A stretch of DNA of 64,000 nucleotides from Phoronis australis (Eukaryota; Animalia; Phoronida): the NCBI GenBank assembly GCA_002633005.1, contig NMRA01000106.1, forward strand, positions 663,655 to 727,654, given 5' to 3'. Under the pieces are notes generated by a model that saw only the letters and a list, made by a program, of their open reading frames with translations, searched no databases and had not been told where the DNA came from. The position numbers and the translations under genes are program-made. Positions 42,800-56,600 of the stretch are shown here, in pieces (position 1 is the first letter of the stretch; the number at the start of each line of letters is the position of its first letter).

Positions 42800-43550
42800 C
42801 ACTCAATTTTCATAACATCTAAGTATTTTTTCATTCAAAAATACGCTTTACATCTAACCGTGGTAGACATCGCGATCAATGTAAGAAAACGAACTGTCAA
42901 GAACGACTTCACCGGATATCCGGGGATAGTTGGTTTTAGATACCACCGTTAGGCTCGCATGAGAATGCAGGAAAAGGTGATTTAACAGTGATTTTTAGAC
43001 TAAGAGATTCCTTGCTTTTCCAGAAAATTGGGTCACGCTTTCCATTGCAAAGATGTAGTTTTCTGTAAATATTCGAATGCAGTTACACATGGTTTGTTTT
43101 CATCGCAATCAGCCGTATCAAGACTTGTTCACAACTCGGCCTTACACCTCACCCTGTGTCTGTGACACCGGCACTGCCCTCTGTGCCTCGGCTCTGGCTC
43201 CGGCTTTGCTTCTCTTCCCTGGCTTTATCTCTGGCCCTGTCAGGAGTTGGGAACCACGGGAATTAATGCCATTCATTGACAATTTTCAAGGACAACAACA
43301 AAAGCTGAAGTAGAAACTGAACTTGCATAAGCCTAATATCTCCTTGAATAGTTGTTAGTTTTCGTGATTTTAGTAGGTTGTGCTGCTGTGCGTGAACTTG
43401 GAATTCTGCTTAATCTCAAGATCATGTATGTGTGACCTTGGAATACATGAGGAGACTTGACTTTCACAATCACGTTCACGTTGATAACAATTTGCACGCG
43501 GCTTAGAGAGGCTTTATCTGACTATACGTGTCATCACAACCGGAAGTCAC
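42800..43550. promoter_or_regulatory. Putative bidirectional promoter region between the CAP-Gly gene (-) and TBCK (+)
   Basis: Divergent gene orientation. Minus-strand donor GTG|GTAAGT at 42800 and plus-strand donor-like AAG|GTGATT at 42976. Palindrome CCGGATATCCGG at 42912-42923, ETS-type CCGGAAGT at 43540-43547, locally more CpG. Confidence 0.45.
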
Positions 43551-43559
43551 GTTTCACAA

Positions 43560-43840
43560 CACTACTCTCCCTTCCGTAGACCAGGCACGCCCCCTGGCTT
43601 TTAGATCTCAGCAACACCCTAACGTCCTGGAATTTGCCGTCAGTGACGCTCTCTTTGTGCTCTGAATCCATCACTACCAGGTCGCCCCCTCTCCATCCGC
43701 CGCTTTACATCTTGGGGTTAATCGTGGATTTTTCCTTAGTTGGGTGCCAATGTAGAAAATTTCCGTGTCTCCGGTGGGACTTGAACTTAGGTTGCACGAG
43801 CGACAGTCAAGTATCTAAACCATTTGGCCAAGAGGACTGA
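43560..43840 (-). mobile_element. tRNA-derived SINE-like element / tRNA-like pseudogene head
   Basis: The minus strand from 43840 reads TCAGTCCTCTTGGCCAAATGG (A-box-like)...CTGTCGC...AGTTCAAGTCCC (B-box-like) at tRNA spacing, followed by a GC-richer body. The cloverleaf is imperfect. Confidence 0.4.
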
Positions 43841-44451
43841 AATACGGTCTCTTTGCAACTATTGGCGATCTTATTCACCAAACAATATTTGACTTAGTCA
43901 TTCACATATTCCTCTGATTCATTGACGCAAGTTACTGTGAAGGAGAAAATGGGTGATTGTGGTGTCAATAAGAGCAAAAATTCTTTACACTGAACAAACC
44001 TGATTACCTTGATGAATATTCAATTCCAAGTTCTCACATATGCGATCTTGAGATTACACAGGATTCAGTTCACACACAGCAGTGCACCGTTGTTAATAAT
44101 AAACTCCTAGGTAGCTTCTTCTTGGTTCAACCGGGACTCGAGACCAAAATCAAGTATCAAAACCAATCAGTCCAAAGATCCAATTGCCTGTTTGCAAGTG
44201 ATTTAGAGAGACAACACAAGTAGAAGTCACATGACAAGAATTTTGGTCATAATTCAGTACCTGATAAACTAGTAAACCTTAGCTGATTTTTTGTCCTGAA
44301 GCATGGAGTTGGTTGGAACCATGAGTAATTTTTGTCAACTGCACTCCTAGGAACATAAATACTTATTTGTGCCTTTAGACATTCTGAATTTTTAAAGCAT
44401 GCAATTCAGTGTTGGTTTTCCTACACATCATTAACATTTTATTTCTAGGTG

Positions 44452-44644
44452 ATGGATATTCTAGGCGATGCTGAATTCGGCGTGTCAACATTTTTTGCAT
44501 CAAGTTACCGTAACGACCAATGCGGGGCTAATGGTCTTCCACTTACACCGAATTCAATCAAGATACTGGGCAACTTCCAATACTTGAAGACTATCAGACA
44601 TCATCACTTGTGCCGCTACATAGACATGGCAAGGGGAAAACATG
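44452..44644 (+). CDS. TBCK: TBCK first coding exon ([17 protein letters not shown]...RGKH)
   Basis: Acceptor ttttatttctAG ends at 44448, ATG at 44452, donor G|GTTTGT; matches the TBCK N-terminus. Confidence 0.92.
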
Positions 44645-47600
44645 GTTTGTTACTTCTTTTTGTAAAGTATGTTCTGCGTAGGCAACTTACCTTAGAACTT
44701 GTTAGGAACGTCTACGGAATAAGTAAGTTTCTGTTGGACATTTTTTTTTCTGGAAATGCAATAGGTGAATTTAAAGTAATCATTATTTGTGGAGTTGCAG
44801 CTATTTATACATATAAACCTTGTTCGTAACAGTTTTGATATTTTCAGTATTTGCACGCATGCGGATTTAAATCATTCAACTAAGTGTGACCTGTCAAACC
44901 AGGTCACATTGTTTAGTTTTGATGTGTTTGGTCGTGTTGGATGTTTAGTGAATGATGTTAGTTGTTAGTACCGTGATTTGACTTTTCAGAACGGCTGTTC
45001 ATTGTCAGTGAACACTACAAAAGTAACCTCAAACAGAATGTGAACACAGGAACTGCACTGAGGCAAGTTGTTATCTCGTACGGCTTACATGCAACATTTG
45101 GTCTTTTGAATAAGACAAACAGGATTTGCTTTTTTCCTTGTTCCAAACTTTTAGTCGGATTTTTTGAAGAAAAGCTCCAACTTTTTAATAAAATAATAAA
45201 AATTTGACTTATTATAACTTCTTGACTCCTTTATTAGTTTTTATGTGTCAATGTTTGAATTAAGGAAACAGAGTGAATTGTTCGTGTCCCTGCTATTTCT
45301 CATTGCTACTCAGTGATACTGAATAATGGAATTCTTATCAAGTATTTTTATTTAATTACATATTACAACTGTTTGTTTTAATTTCATAAGGTTTAAACAC
45401 CAAGTCAAGGTTTTGTAGCAATAAGTATAGCATTTGCACATAAAACTATCTTGTCTCCGCTTATTGTGGCACTGCTATGTATCTACCATTGGCCAAATTT
45501 GACTGTTGATTTAGACCAGTTACTATAATAAAATTAATCTCAGTCTGTTTCTTATTCATGTCATGAGCTTGCAAAGAACTGATAGTTTGTTATAGCTCTA
45601 GGTCTAGTTCATTAATTTTGTTTTTCGGGCTCACGTTATGTAACGAGAACATTATGGGTGGTTTCGTGACTGAACACAAGATGGAGTTACTTATTGAAAT
45701 GTTTGGGACTTTAACATAATTTTTTTCTTGCAGTCTTGAAAAGACCGCTCAAGTTGCTCACGGTGTCTTACATGGACTCACGTATCTTAACCAGCACGAA
45801 CTGATTCACAGAGATTTATCGCCTGAGAACATTCTCTTTGACAATCAGGTAATTAGAATATAAATTCAACCATTCATGCAAGTAGACCACTTTTCTAAAT
45901 CCCCGAGTCAGAGATGTGTTTTTAGAGGCTAGTGTTTTCCGTGTGTGGCAAGATCACCATACGTTGCAAGAGGACCACACAATTTTGCAGGCTTGAACTT
46001 CCAAGTCACTAGTCAGTATCCTTGATACCTCAGTTTTGGGGCTGAATTTCGGCCTCACTATCCTAAAAATCATGCAAAATGACCCTCGTCATTCTCAAAA
46101 ATTTCTCTTCGGTGATTAAAAAATTACCCTCAGGGATAAAATCACTTCAGTGCACAACGTTAGTCTTGGCTAGTTGAGGTATTGTCGATGAGAGGTAGCG
46201 ACTGGGGGTGGTGGTGGGTTGTGGGTAGGTGGTGATGAGGGGTTCCCCTCGATCAAAAAGGTGTCTTTTGCCTCAGGAGAGCGAGGGCCTTTAGCAAATG
46301 CACCCGAGATCTCTTTTTTTCTGAATTTGGATTTATCAACTTTATGGCAGGCTGCTGCACATATTTCCCCAGGATTTTGAATTAAACCTTATCTGTTAAT
46401 GATTTTTGTATCAACTTCATGTCGCTTTATCTCACTTGTAGGGTAATGTCAAACTTTTCAACTATGGCATGTACCATGCCACAGGACAAGGAACATGTGT
46501 GTCATTTCCCATTGGGTAAGTGGTCGCCTTACCACGTATACTTATTGTAAACTTTCAAAGGAGTCTTGGATCTGAATGAGATGTTGATTAATCACTTTTA
46601 ATTTGTTAAGGTTTTACATATATCTTGATTTTTTACATTTTATGTGATATTTATTTTGTTAGATTTTACAGATATAGTGTATGTTTATAGACAAACGAAG
46701 TATTTTTACATTCCTTTTCAATGTGTAATGACTTGTACAATGATTGAGTCACTAGTCAATGTGCTGGCACAGTTTTTTATTTGATCATGGTAAATTTGTG
46801 TCGTGAAAAAAATTAAATGATTTTTTTCAAAGTTATGGCTAAAATATTAAAGTCAATGAAAAATATTCACTACAATTAATGACCAGTCTCTGTTTACCTG
46901 AAAGAAAACAAAGACCAGAGGGTAACTGATGGGTTGTTTAAAACTGTTCATTTTCCAATTTTCAACAAGCAACCTGACACTGCACTGTATCATAATGTTA
47001 CTCTCCAGGTGTGTCAAATATCTCCCTCCCGAGGTGTTGGTCCTGGGTCCTGTCACCACTAATGAGCACCAGCTACCTGTGGAACAGTCCCCGTCGGGCC
47101 CAAAGACCGATATCTGGTCTCTGGGCATCATCATACTGGAGGCTGTTGTGGTAAGCTGTCACATACTAATATATACCTGTCTGAGTTTATGTCTGGAGGA
47201 TTAAAATCAAGAAATTAAAACACTCAGGGGTGGACGTTGAAGCAAACACTGCAAAACAATATCACTTACTGTGAAATTGCTTAAAATTGTATGGTGGGCA
47301 TTTAGTTGAACGTGGCCATTAACCAGAAAGAATATGGAAAGTAATATTTCATTGTTTACATGGTCTCTCAATACCTTTGTTTTGTGGTGTTTACTATTTG
47401 TAGATTTCTTTAATAGTAACAACAAAGGTAACTTTGCATGCATTGTAAGTATACTTAATTTGTACGGAGACCTTCCTCAAAGTATTCGTTATTGAATGTG
47501 GTTTTATGGATATGTAACTAAGTAGTACTAGATGGTGGAGTTTGGTCATTAAGGAGTACAAATCACTGGTGTCAGAGAAAAATTGGCTTTTGATTCTACT

Positions 47601-50600
47601 CTAAATTGATGAGCCACAATTTTATATCACAATTGCCATAAGTTGCTAGGTTTTGGGTTGCGGATTTCCGTGCGTTTCTTCCATTTACAATGGTTGCTTT
47701 TATCATGCTGTTTCGTACTAAAATTTCTATTTAGTAAACATTTTTGTCATGTTTGTCTTTGCTGCCTTTTCTCTGAACACGCGGAATACGGTAAAATCTC
47801 ACTAATTTCAGACAAAAATATTTACCAATTTTTTTCTCATTTTTCGAGGGCTTCTGACGTTATTGTGAATGCCCAAAAAATCTTTGATGGTAGTTGTGAA
47901 ACGGACCAGGAAGGGAATGTCACTTCATTTGGTGTTACTATGTAAACATGTGTTTCACCAAAAAGTTATAAACTAAAATTTCACTTGTCAGTCGTATTAT
48001 TGGTAAGACTATACCGTACTATTTTGGCAAAGCTTGTCCACCACATCTGATGTTTTGTTTATTTTATTTCACGTACCCCCAATTTGTAAAGAAAAATATT
48101 CTATTTGAATGATTCTTATCTGACATGTATAGTATATACAGTGTATGTTTCATTGGGTAATTAATTTTGTTTTAGGGGCAGGAGATTTGGTCGAATTTGT
48201 CCATATCAGAAATTGTTGAAAAGGTACTACGTTTGTTGGAGACCCCAGGGGACCCACTTGAGACAATTGTCACTGACAATAATCTGCAAAAAATGATACA
48301 GGTGGGCTTTTTAATATTACCATGTACATTTCAAACTGTGATTTCTTATCTTTTTGCTAAATTTGTTTCTTTTATAATCCTTTTTGCATTTAATTGTAGT
48401 AATTGTTCTCTCTGTTCAAGCTTGTTTCTTTTTTGCAGAATGTGCCCCAAGAAATTATGGATTTTATAAAGGCATGCCTGACAATAGATATTCACAAAAG
48501 GTACCTCTTTTAAGTCATGTAAAATTTCCATTTTCAGGGTTCTAAACTATTTTTGTTCAATTAAAAGTGCAAAATCATTTATTCGTGTATTTTGGCTGAT
48601 GCGCCTATATTGGAAATAATGCGCTTCTTCAAGAAATATTCTGTGGAAATGGTTGGCATCTGGCAAATGTGCCTTAGCTTGACTTATAGAGTCCATTGTA
48701 GATGTTACGGATTTAAAAATAAGGACAGTAATGAAGGCCTCTGTAAAACACGACTTTAGTGTCAAATGTCGATGTTAATAGATACAGAGAGTGTCTCAAA
48801 GTGTGTTTTGCAATTTTGTTCGAATATTTTTATCTGTCATGCGTGTGAGTATTTAATGAATAATATTTGCTTGTTTTAGACCCAGTCCGGAGAGGCTGCT
48901 GTCTCATAGACTCCTGCAGAAGACGTCCTCGTACCGCTTGTCCATTAAAAATGGTTACAGACCCTTCTCGGCTGACCTTCGGTGCCAGTACTTGGAAGTC
49001 ACACCTTACGAAGAATCAAATATGGATGGTGAGTTGCCATTGCACGTCCATGACATAAACATGCAGTTCATACTGACTGTCAGATTTTGTTTGATGATGT
49101 TTATTATTTTCTTGATAAATATTTCCTATCACTGACTTGTTAGATTAAAAATCATAAGATTTGGGTATTGTAACACTGTATTCAGAAAACGTTTGGTTCA
49201 GAACAGCTCTTCAATATCATTTCAACATTGCAGAAGGGCTGTTTTATCTGAAGTACTTGCTGAATGCAGGGTGTTAAGGTGAACAAATGGATGTCTCAGA
49301 CAAGTCCTGTAGAATTCCACTTATCACATCATGAAAACTCTGCTTCTGATAACAGCTTGAATGTATTTATAGGTTAGGTGGCAATAGTATAAGGAATTGA
49401 CTGTTTCAGACTTTGATCATCTTGCTGAGAGGAGTATGGAGGAAGTGTATTATTTATGGCAACTGGCAGGTGGCGATTTAGAGGGGGTCCTGAAGAAGGC
49501 GGGGCTGATTAAGGCTCTCCCCCCTGTAACTGTCTTACCAGAGTGAGTAATGTCCAAGTGTGGTTAGTCATTTGAAAGAAATGCAAAGATGGCTTGACAT
49601 GTCAAATGTCATTTAAACATGAAGTTTCAATACTTGTCTCTTTAGTTGTCATTGTGATGGTTCGACAGTCATGACAGTTATTTGAATTCATGTTTCTCTT
49701 CTGTCAGTTGCTCTTGCTCAGATTATCACTTGTTTCAAACCTTATAACTGAGAGAACAAGTGCCTGGATTGATGGTTTTCGTCACTTAATCATGTACTTA
49801 GAACTTGTATTGGAAAATGCGGCTAGTATTTCAATTTACAGTAAAAATGCTTGGAATGTTATTTTCCAGCTTTGTGATTGATGATGGTGAACCATTTGGG
49901 CATGAGAGAGACCGGTCAGTTCTCTTAAACAAGCTGGTCATTCCTTTATCACTTGAACAGCTGAGACAGGTGTGGTCCACTTATGAACTTTTGATTGAAT
50001 TCTCTGTTAATAACTGCTCAATCATATTCTGAACAAAAATTGTCTGAATGTGTTTAGATAGAGTAGTAGTCACTTATACAGGTGTGGAACACACATCGGG
50101 ACTAAGACTGGCAACTTGTGCTATGCTGTCATGCATAGTGGGTTATGACTTAACCATCTACCATCTTCCTTTTGTATAAACTAGGAAAACGAGGTTTCTA
50201 TTTTTTCTTTGCTCAGGAATAGTGGGAAGACTGATAATTCTTCATGTATTTATGTTAAGATGGGGTGGACAATATGAATGTTACGTTTTTTGTTAAATTT
50301 TGGAAGCAAAAATCGTGGGGGTTTGAATAATATTTGTGCAGAACTGTGCATCATTTTTGTGCAAAATGTTTGAAATGTTACGATTCAGCAGGATGTCAGA
50401 CCTACTGTTATACAACACTAAATTTGTCAAGCTTGATTAATCCTTACTGGTAAGTTTAATCAAATTAAAAGGTACAGAAACTTATTCAAGCTTGGTCAAA
50501 ATTATTCAAGCTTGGCCAATGTTATTCAAGCGGCTTTCACTCTAAACTCGATTGTTGTGGCGAACATCTTTAGTTTAGGGCACTTGAGAGTGTACAGCAC

Positions 50601-53600
50601 TTGCCTGATGACGAAATTCATTAAAGATAGTCTGCCAGCAATATTACTCAAGCTAGCATAACAATAGTTACCAAGAGACAAGGTTTTTTAAGTTTGGAAT
50701 TCAATTTTGTAAACTTAAAGTTACAGGCCCAACAAGCTTATTTAAGCTTTTTTTACAAGTCTGATTTACCTTACTTATCAGTAATCTTTTTCAAGCTAAC
50801 CAAGCAATGGTTTGTAACAGAAAGGAAATTCAAGCTTGGGGAAAGCATTGTGTATGGTAGTGGACCATTAAGATTGGCCAAACTTTGCAAAATTTTGCTA
50901 TGTAGAAGTGATTGTTGGTTTTAATAGCAAAATCATTGAAATAGTCTCATCATTTGTTTTATGGTTTTTGTATTGTTTCAGAGACTACAAGACATCAAAG
51001 AAACGGCATACTACCCCCTTTTGGAAGATGAGTGAGTGAATTTGAACATGTCACCAGAATTTTGAATGTGTTCTCACACTCCAATTTTTTTTGGAAACCT
51101 CTGCAAATGCTTGAGTTTCAAAATATGGCGTTCTACCTTTTGATCGTTTAGTAACCTTTTACAAATTTTGTCTTATTAAGAGTTAACTGAATGTTTTGTA
51201 TTTTGGTTTAATTGCATGACTAAGTAGTTAGAACTGAAGTTGTATTATTGCCCTATAGTACGTATGGCATTAATAGGCTATTGGTTACCCTAGTCAGGGT
51301 CTCACTGTCAGTAGAAGATATTTTGTGTATACTTATTTCCAGTTTTGCTGTTAGTCTAGTAGTGCTGAAAAATTATAGGCGATTTTCCATTGATCAAAAT
51401 AATGAACTTTGTACTTCAAGAAATGGACAGTTAGAAATATGACAAATAGGGTTAACTGCTTTAGGTGGAAATTCATTTTGGTAAAGAGTCACTTGCAAGG
51501 GTACCGCATTTTCAGAACCTGTTTTCTTCACTAAATAACAGGCACCAAACTGTTTATAAAAATGGGGAACCCCTGTAAGTGGCTGTTCTCTTCATTTCCT
51601 TGCACGTCATTTGAAGTACTGTGAAACTTTTCACCAGGCTAGCGCGACAAGACAGGTTTTAGTTAAAGAGCTTTCCCCTCCATTCATTCAAGTGTTGTTT
51701 TTCCAGGTCCACGTTGCAAAACTTACCAACATCTCCTAGTTCTGGTGCACTGATGGAGACTGCTGTTCTACCTCTGGTTATTAGAGAACGTGACATTGAG
51801 TATCAGGTGTGTTAGTTTACCTTTGTCTGTGGTGGATGCAGGGTATTGAGAAAGGGGGTGCAGTCTGCAAACACTGCATTTTATGTAACCATATCTCATG
51901 TTTTGTAACTTATAATTTTAATATTATGAGTGACTCATTACCTGTGGGGGAGCAGGGTTTTAGCAATTGGAGAGCAAAGTGTGCTTGATATGCCTGTGGC
52001 AGACGTCCTGTATACTATTCAAATTATGCATCTGGTACGTTACTTCATTGTTGTCAGAGCAGTGTCCAGGAACTGGGAAGATGAGATATACCTCTTTAAT
52101 GAAGTTCATTTTACAATGATATACTGTATATCTTATTTATTAATTAATTAAATGTCAATTATATTATCATTTTGTCTTTTCCAAAAGAAGAAACTGAAAA
52201 ATTAGATGTTTTCTGCCCTCCTTCTCATAGACAACCGTAAGAATTTTTTACATTGATACTCTTAAATTTAGACAGTATATTTGTGTATTAAGCAAAATAA
52301 TGTGTGTAACTTCTATTGTTTGTCGTTAACTAACTACAATTTTTCACATTTTGTTGATTACAGTTCCACAGAATCATTCTTTACAAGAGACTTCTTGATG
52401 CCTACCCGTACAAACGACAACACATCTGGAAAGAAGCTCGTATCGACATTCCACCACTGGTGCGGGGACGTGTATGGGCTGCCATACTGGAGATTGAGGT
52501 GGACAAAGTTTTGTTTTCATTGTTTGACTGTATTGTGTTGTTTTGTGAACACCAGTTTTTAAATATGGTGTTTTTTAAATTGATTTTCAAACTTTCCAAA
52601 TAAGATTGATTTATGTCATATTCAAGACAATTGTCATTTTTCAATCACTATTGTGATGCAAGGTTTGACAATATTTCGGTTTATAATGTCGTGTTGAAGT
52701 ACTTTTAATGCTGTACCTTTAATGCTGTGTTTTTTAGGCAAATGTTTATGTAAACTGTAGAAAATACTAGAAATTGGTTATGTTACAATGTTTTTGGCAT
52801 TTTGCAGTTTAAATCAGAACTTTTGAAACCATTGGACTTTTTGTGTAAACTTAATTTCCTCTTGAAACAGGGTGACATCTACGCTAAATATGACAGTATA
52901 GATAAAGAAACGCCAACGGTCACGGATCGTCAGATCGAGGTGGACATTCCACGGTGCCATCAATATGACCAGTTGCTGTCATCACCTGAAGCTCACAGAA
53001 AGTTCAAGCGCGTCCTCAAAGCTTGGGTTGTCAGTCATCCAGAGTACGTCTACTGGCAAGGATTGGACTCACTGTGTGCACCATTTCTATACCTCAATTT
53101 CAACAACGAAGGTGTGTTACAATTCTGAAAGGCTGACTGATGTAAGGATAATATTAAAACCTCAAGCAGCAATAATTAAGTCGACTTAACAACTTTAAAC
53201 TAGTATAAAACACAGTGGCATCTTCAATAAATTTGTCCACAGAAGCAATAAATAAACTCAAGTCAGTCCCTGCTTAGTTAGGAAGGTTCAGGTGCCATAG
53301 AATAAGTTCCCATGTCCAAAGATGGCACTGTATGTAGCTTAAAGCTTTTTTCCTGCCTGCTAAGTCTTTGCATCTAACCTTTTTGTTGTTATTTTTGCCC
53401 TATTTTGATATGCAGTCATAATGGGACCTTGAACTCTCAGCAGTGAAAACTGCCCAGTGTTAAAGTTTATGTGGTACATGCATAGAATTTCAGGCATGTA
53501 GTGAGTGGAAGAAAAAGTTCTCTAGCCTCCTTTCATGTATAAGCAGAACATAAGTAGGAAACTTGGTGGCAAGAAGTGTGGTTCCAGGGTCATCGCCAGA

Positions 53601-56600
53601 GGAGGAAGGTCGGACAGTGGGAGAGGGTCTGACAGTGAGCCGACTTAGGGGATGGGAGAGGGTGTGACAGTGAGCAGACATAGGGGATGGGAGAGGGTGT
53701 GACAGTGAGCAGACACGGGTAGGAGGAGGGTCTGACATTGAGCACACATGGGGCGCGCTTATATTCCTTCATTACAGCTGTATAAGAGTGGCCAAACAAG
53801 GGTGTATCAACCTCCCACTGAATCTCTCTCATTCATGTTTGATCTTGGTTTCAGCCCTGGCCTATGCATGCCTGCAAGCCTTCATACCCAAGTATTTGAA
53901 CAAGTTCTTTTTAAAGGACAACTCACTTGTCATCCAAGGTATGGCACAGCATATAACTACAACTGCTTTGGAGATAAGAATTCACAATTTTTGCCTATTT
54001 CTAAAATTTTAAGTCATGGTAGTTACTAGGTAAAATGAGATTCACTTTCTCAGAGACATTGTAGTTGATTATTATTAGTTCATTTCATGCCATTCTTTGC
54101 TGAGTTGTTTATTAGTATTAGATATGTGCTTGAAAATTTTGTAGATTTTGATCTGATTAATGTAATTTTGAAAATACACTTTCTTTATTCTTTGAAAATC
54201 ATTTATTTTAAATGTTAAGCTTTCTTCCTGAAGTAATTTACCTTGGAGCAAAGTGTTCAAATAAATAAATGATAAAACTGGACTATCGCCGCACAAATAT
54301 AAAAGGTCATGTTCAATTCAACGTTTCGTCTTTTCATTAGACACCATCAGGATCATATTTACAACAATTTAGGACAACAAGTGCCTATATATGTTACTTT
54401 TCTCTGAGGTGTGACGTTCTTTCAACCTGTCACAGAGGCGTCTCTGTGTGAGTCCTATATAGAATTCCTTACAGTTGTCACATTCAACCTTATACACATA
54501 GGCATTATATTAGCTACAATCACCAAGCCAACTCTGTTAGTTTTATCTGCAGAGAACCTAATAAGGAGTTACTGTACATTAAAGAGTCATTGGCCATTCA
54601 GAACCAGCATGCCACTGATTCTCTGAATAACATGCAGAGCTCAGTGACCCTGCAACTATGGTGATGAACGGCTACTGACTATATTCTATGTATCTCTCAC
54701 TTCACTCTATGGATGTTACCTGAGCTGTTTGTTGGCACTTGTTGTCCGAAATTGTTGTAAATATGGTCCTGATGATGTCTAATGAAAAGACGAAACGTTG
54801 AATTGAACATGAACTTTTTTATTTGTGCGGCGATCATCCGGTTTTTAATCTTATTGTGGCCAAAAACTGATTTAATGATAAAATTGTAACATGCGATTGC
54901 ATTGTATTTCAGAATACCTAGCTGTATTTTCCCACCTGATCGCATTCCACGATCCTGAGTTGAGTGAACACTTGAATGAAATTGGTTTCATCCCTGACGT
55001 GAGTTGCTGTTGTGGTGTCTGTTGTGATATGATGAATTACCAAAAATCATCTCTCTCTGTAAATTTTAAACTCATCTTGGTCACTTTTACTTTTAACTTA
55101 AGTTTCATTCAATCACCAAATCAGGTAACATGAAGTAATTATGTTGTCTTTAAGCTTTTGTAATTCTTGGTTGGGTGGTATAGTTTGTTTTCTGCATCTG
55201 AAATGGGGGAGTGTGGTAATTGTAGCTGTGAAGACTTTATTATGTAACAGCCCTAATGATGCTGCTGTCACATCCAACTGTGTCAACGTATAATCTAGTT
55301 GACATTTTTATTCTTTTTTACAGCTGTATGCCATTCCATGGTTCCTCACCATGTATGCTCGTAAGTAGATTTGTGGAATCGTAGATACTATAGATGTTTA
55401 GGTCTAATAAGAAAACATGAAGCCATGTGTAATGTTGAAGTGTGTTGGTTCTGCAATAAGTGTCATGAACATAACAAATCAAGGCTGTTTTCAGCTCACG
55501 GACTATAGTTCACTACGGCAGCCCTTGACACAAACGAAAATGCCTGCTCAAAGTTATGAGTGACGGCATGTTCTGAACTTGTATTTCTAAATTTCTACTA
55601 GAGAAAAATGGCAAAAGCGATAATCAAAAACAAACAAAAATCTTGAACGTCTGCATCATGCGCATTCGAATAATACAAGTGAGGTCAATTTCCTACTTGT
55701 ATCTCACTTTTCTTCTCGTATTTACGAGCGTGTACTTGCATGTATCGAGCCCTGCATAGTCAGCTAGAATAGAAAGATAGACATGCATACTGAAGTGGGA
55801 ACTGCTACATGCACCGGAACAACGTCTGCTCAATCAAGACCATAGACTGGGTATTAGGCAAGAATCGTATAACCCTGTTGCACAGTAAAACAACTTACAT
55901 TATTTAATATTAAGTAGTTGAAATGTGTATTGTTACATTAAAAGTATAATTAGTCAATTATTTTGGGAAATCATAGATTTATCAATGAAATTGTTCAGTT
56001 TATTTACAACTACCCGGAGGACGTCATCTTGTGAGTGAGACCATTGTGGTGAGACCATTGTTAGGTTCAAAGGTCAATGATTAGACTACAGTGACAGACT
56101 AGCAACATTCACTTGGATCTGTAGTCCACTATAATTTTTTAATTGAAGATGTCCCAAGTACACTAAAATTGCTTGACCAATAACATTGTCTTGTCATTTC
56201 AGATGTGTTCCCCTTACACAGGATCTTCCATCTGTGGGACACCCTCCTTCTGGGAAATTCATCATTCCCACTCTGCATCGGAGTGGCCATACTTCAACAA
56301 CTGAAGGGTCAGCTGATGACCTTTGGGTTCAACGAGTGCATTTTGTTGTTTTCTGATATGCCAGGTTTGTACACCAAACAAGATTCCATTTGAAGGACAT
56401 GTAAACAGATCGTTTAGTACCAGTTGTTTTTGCTTATCGTCTGTAAATCCTGGTAAAGCTTGTTTTATTATTGCTGAAAAAATACTTTTAATGGTGAGAT
56501 TTATATCCAGTATGTATGAGATTGATATCCAGTATGTACAACGAGATTGACATTCAGTATGTACAACGAGATTGATATCCAGTGTGTACAACGAGATTGA

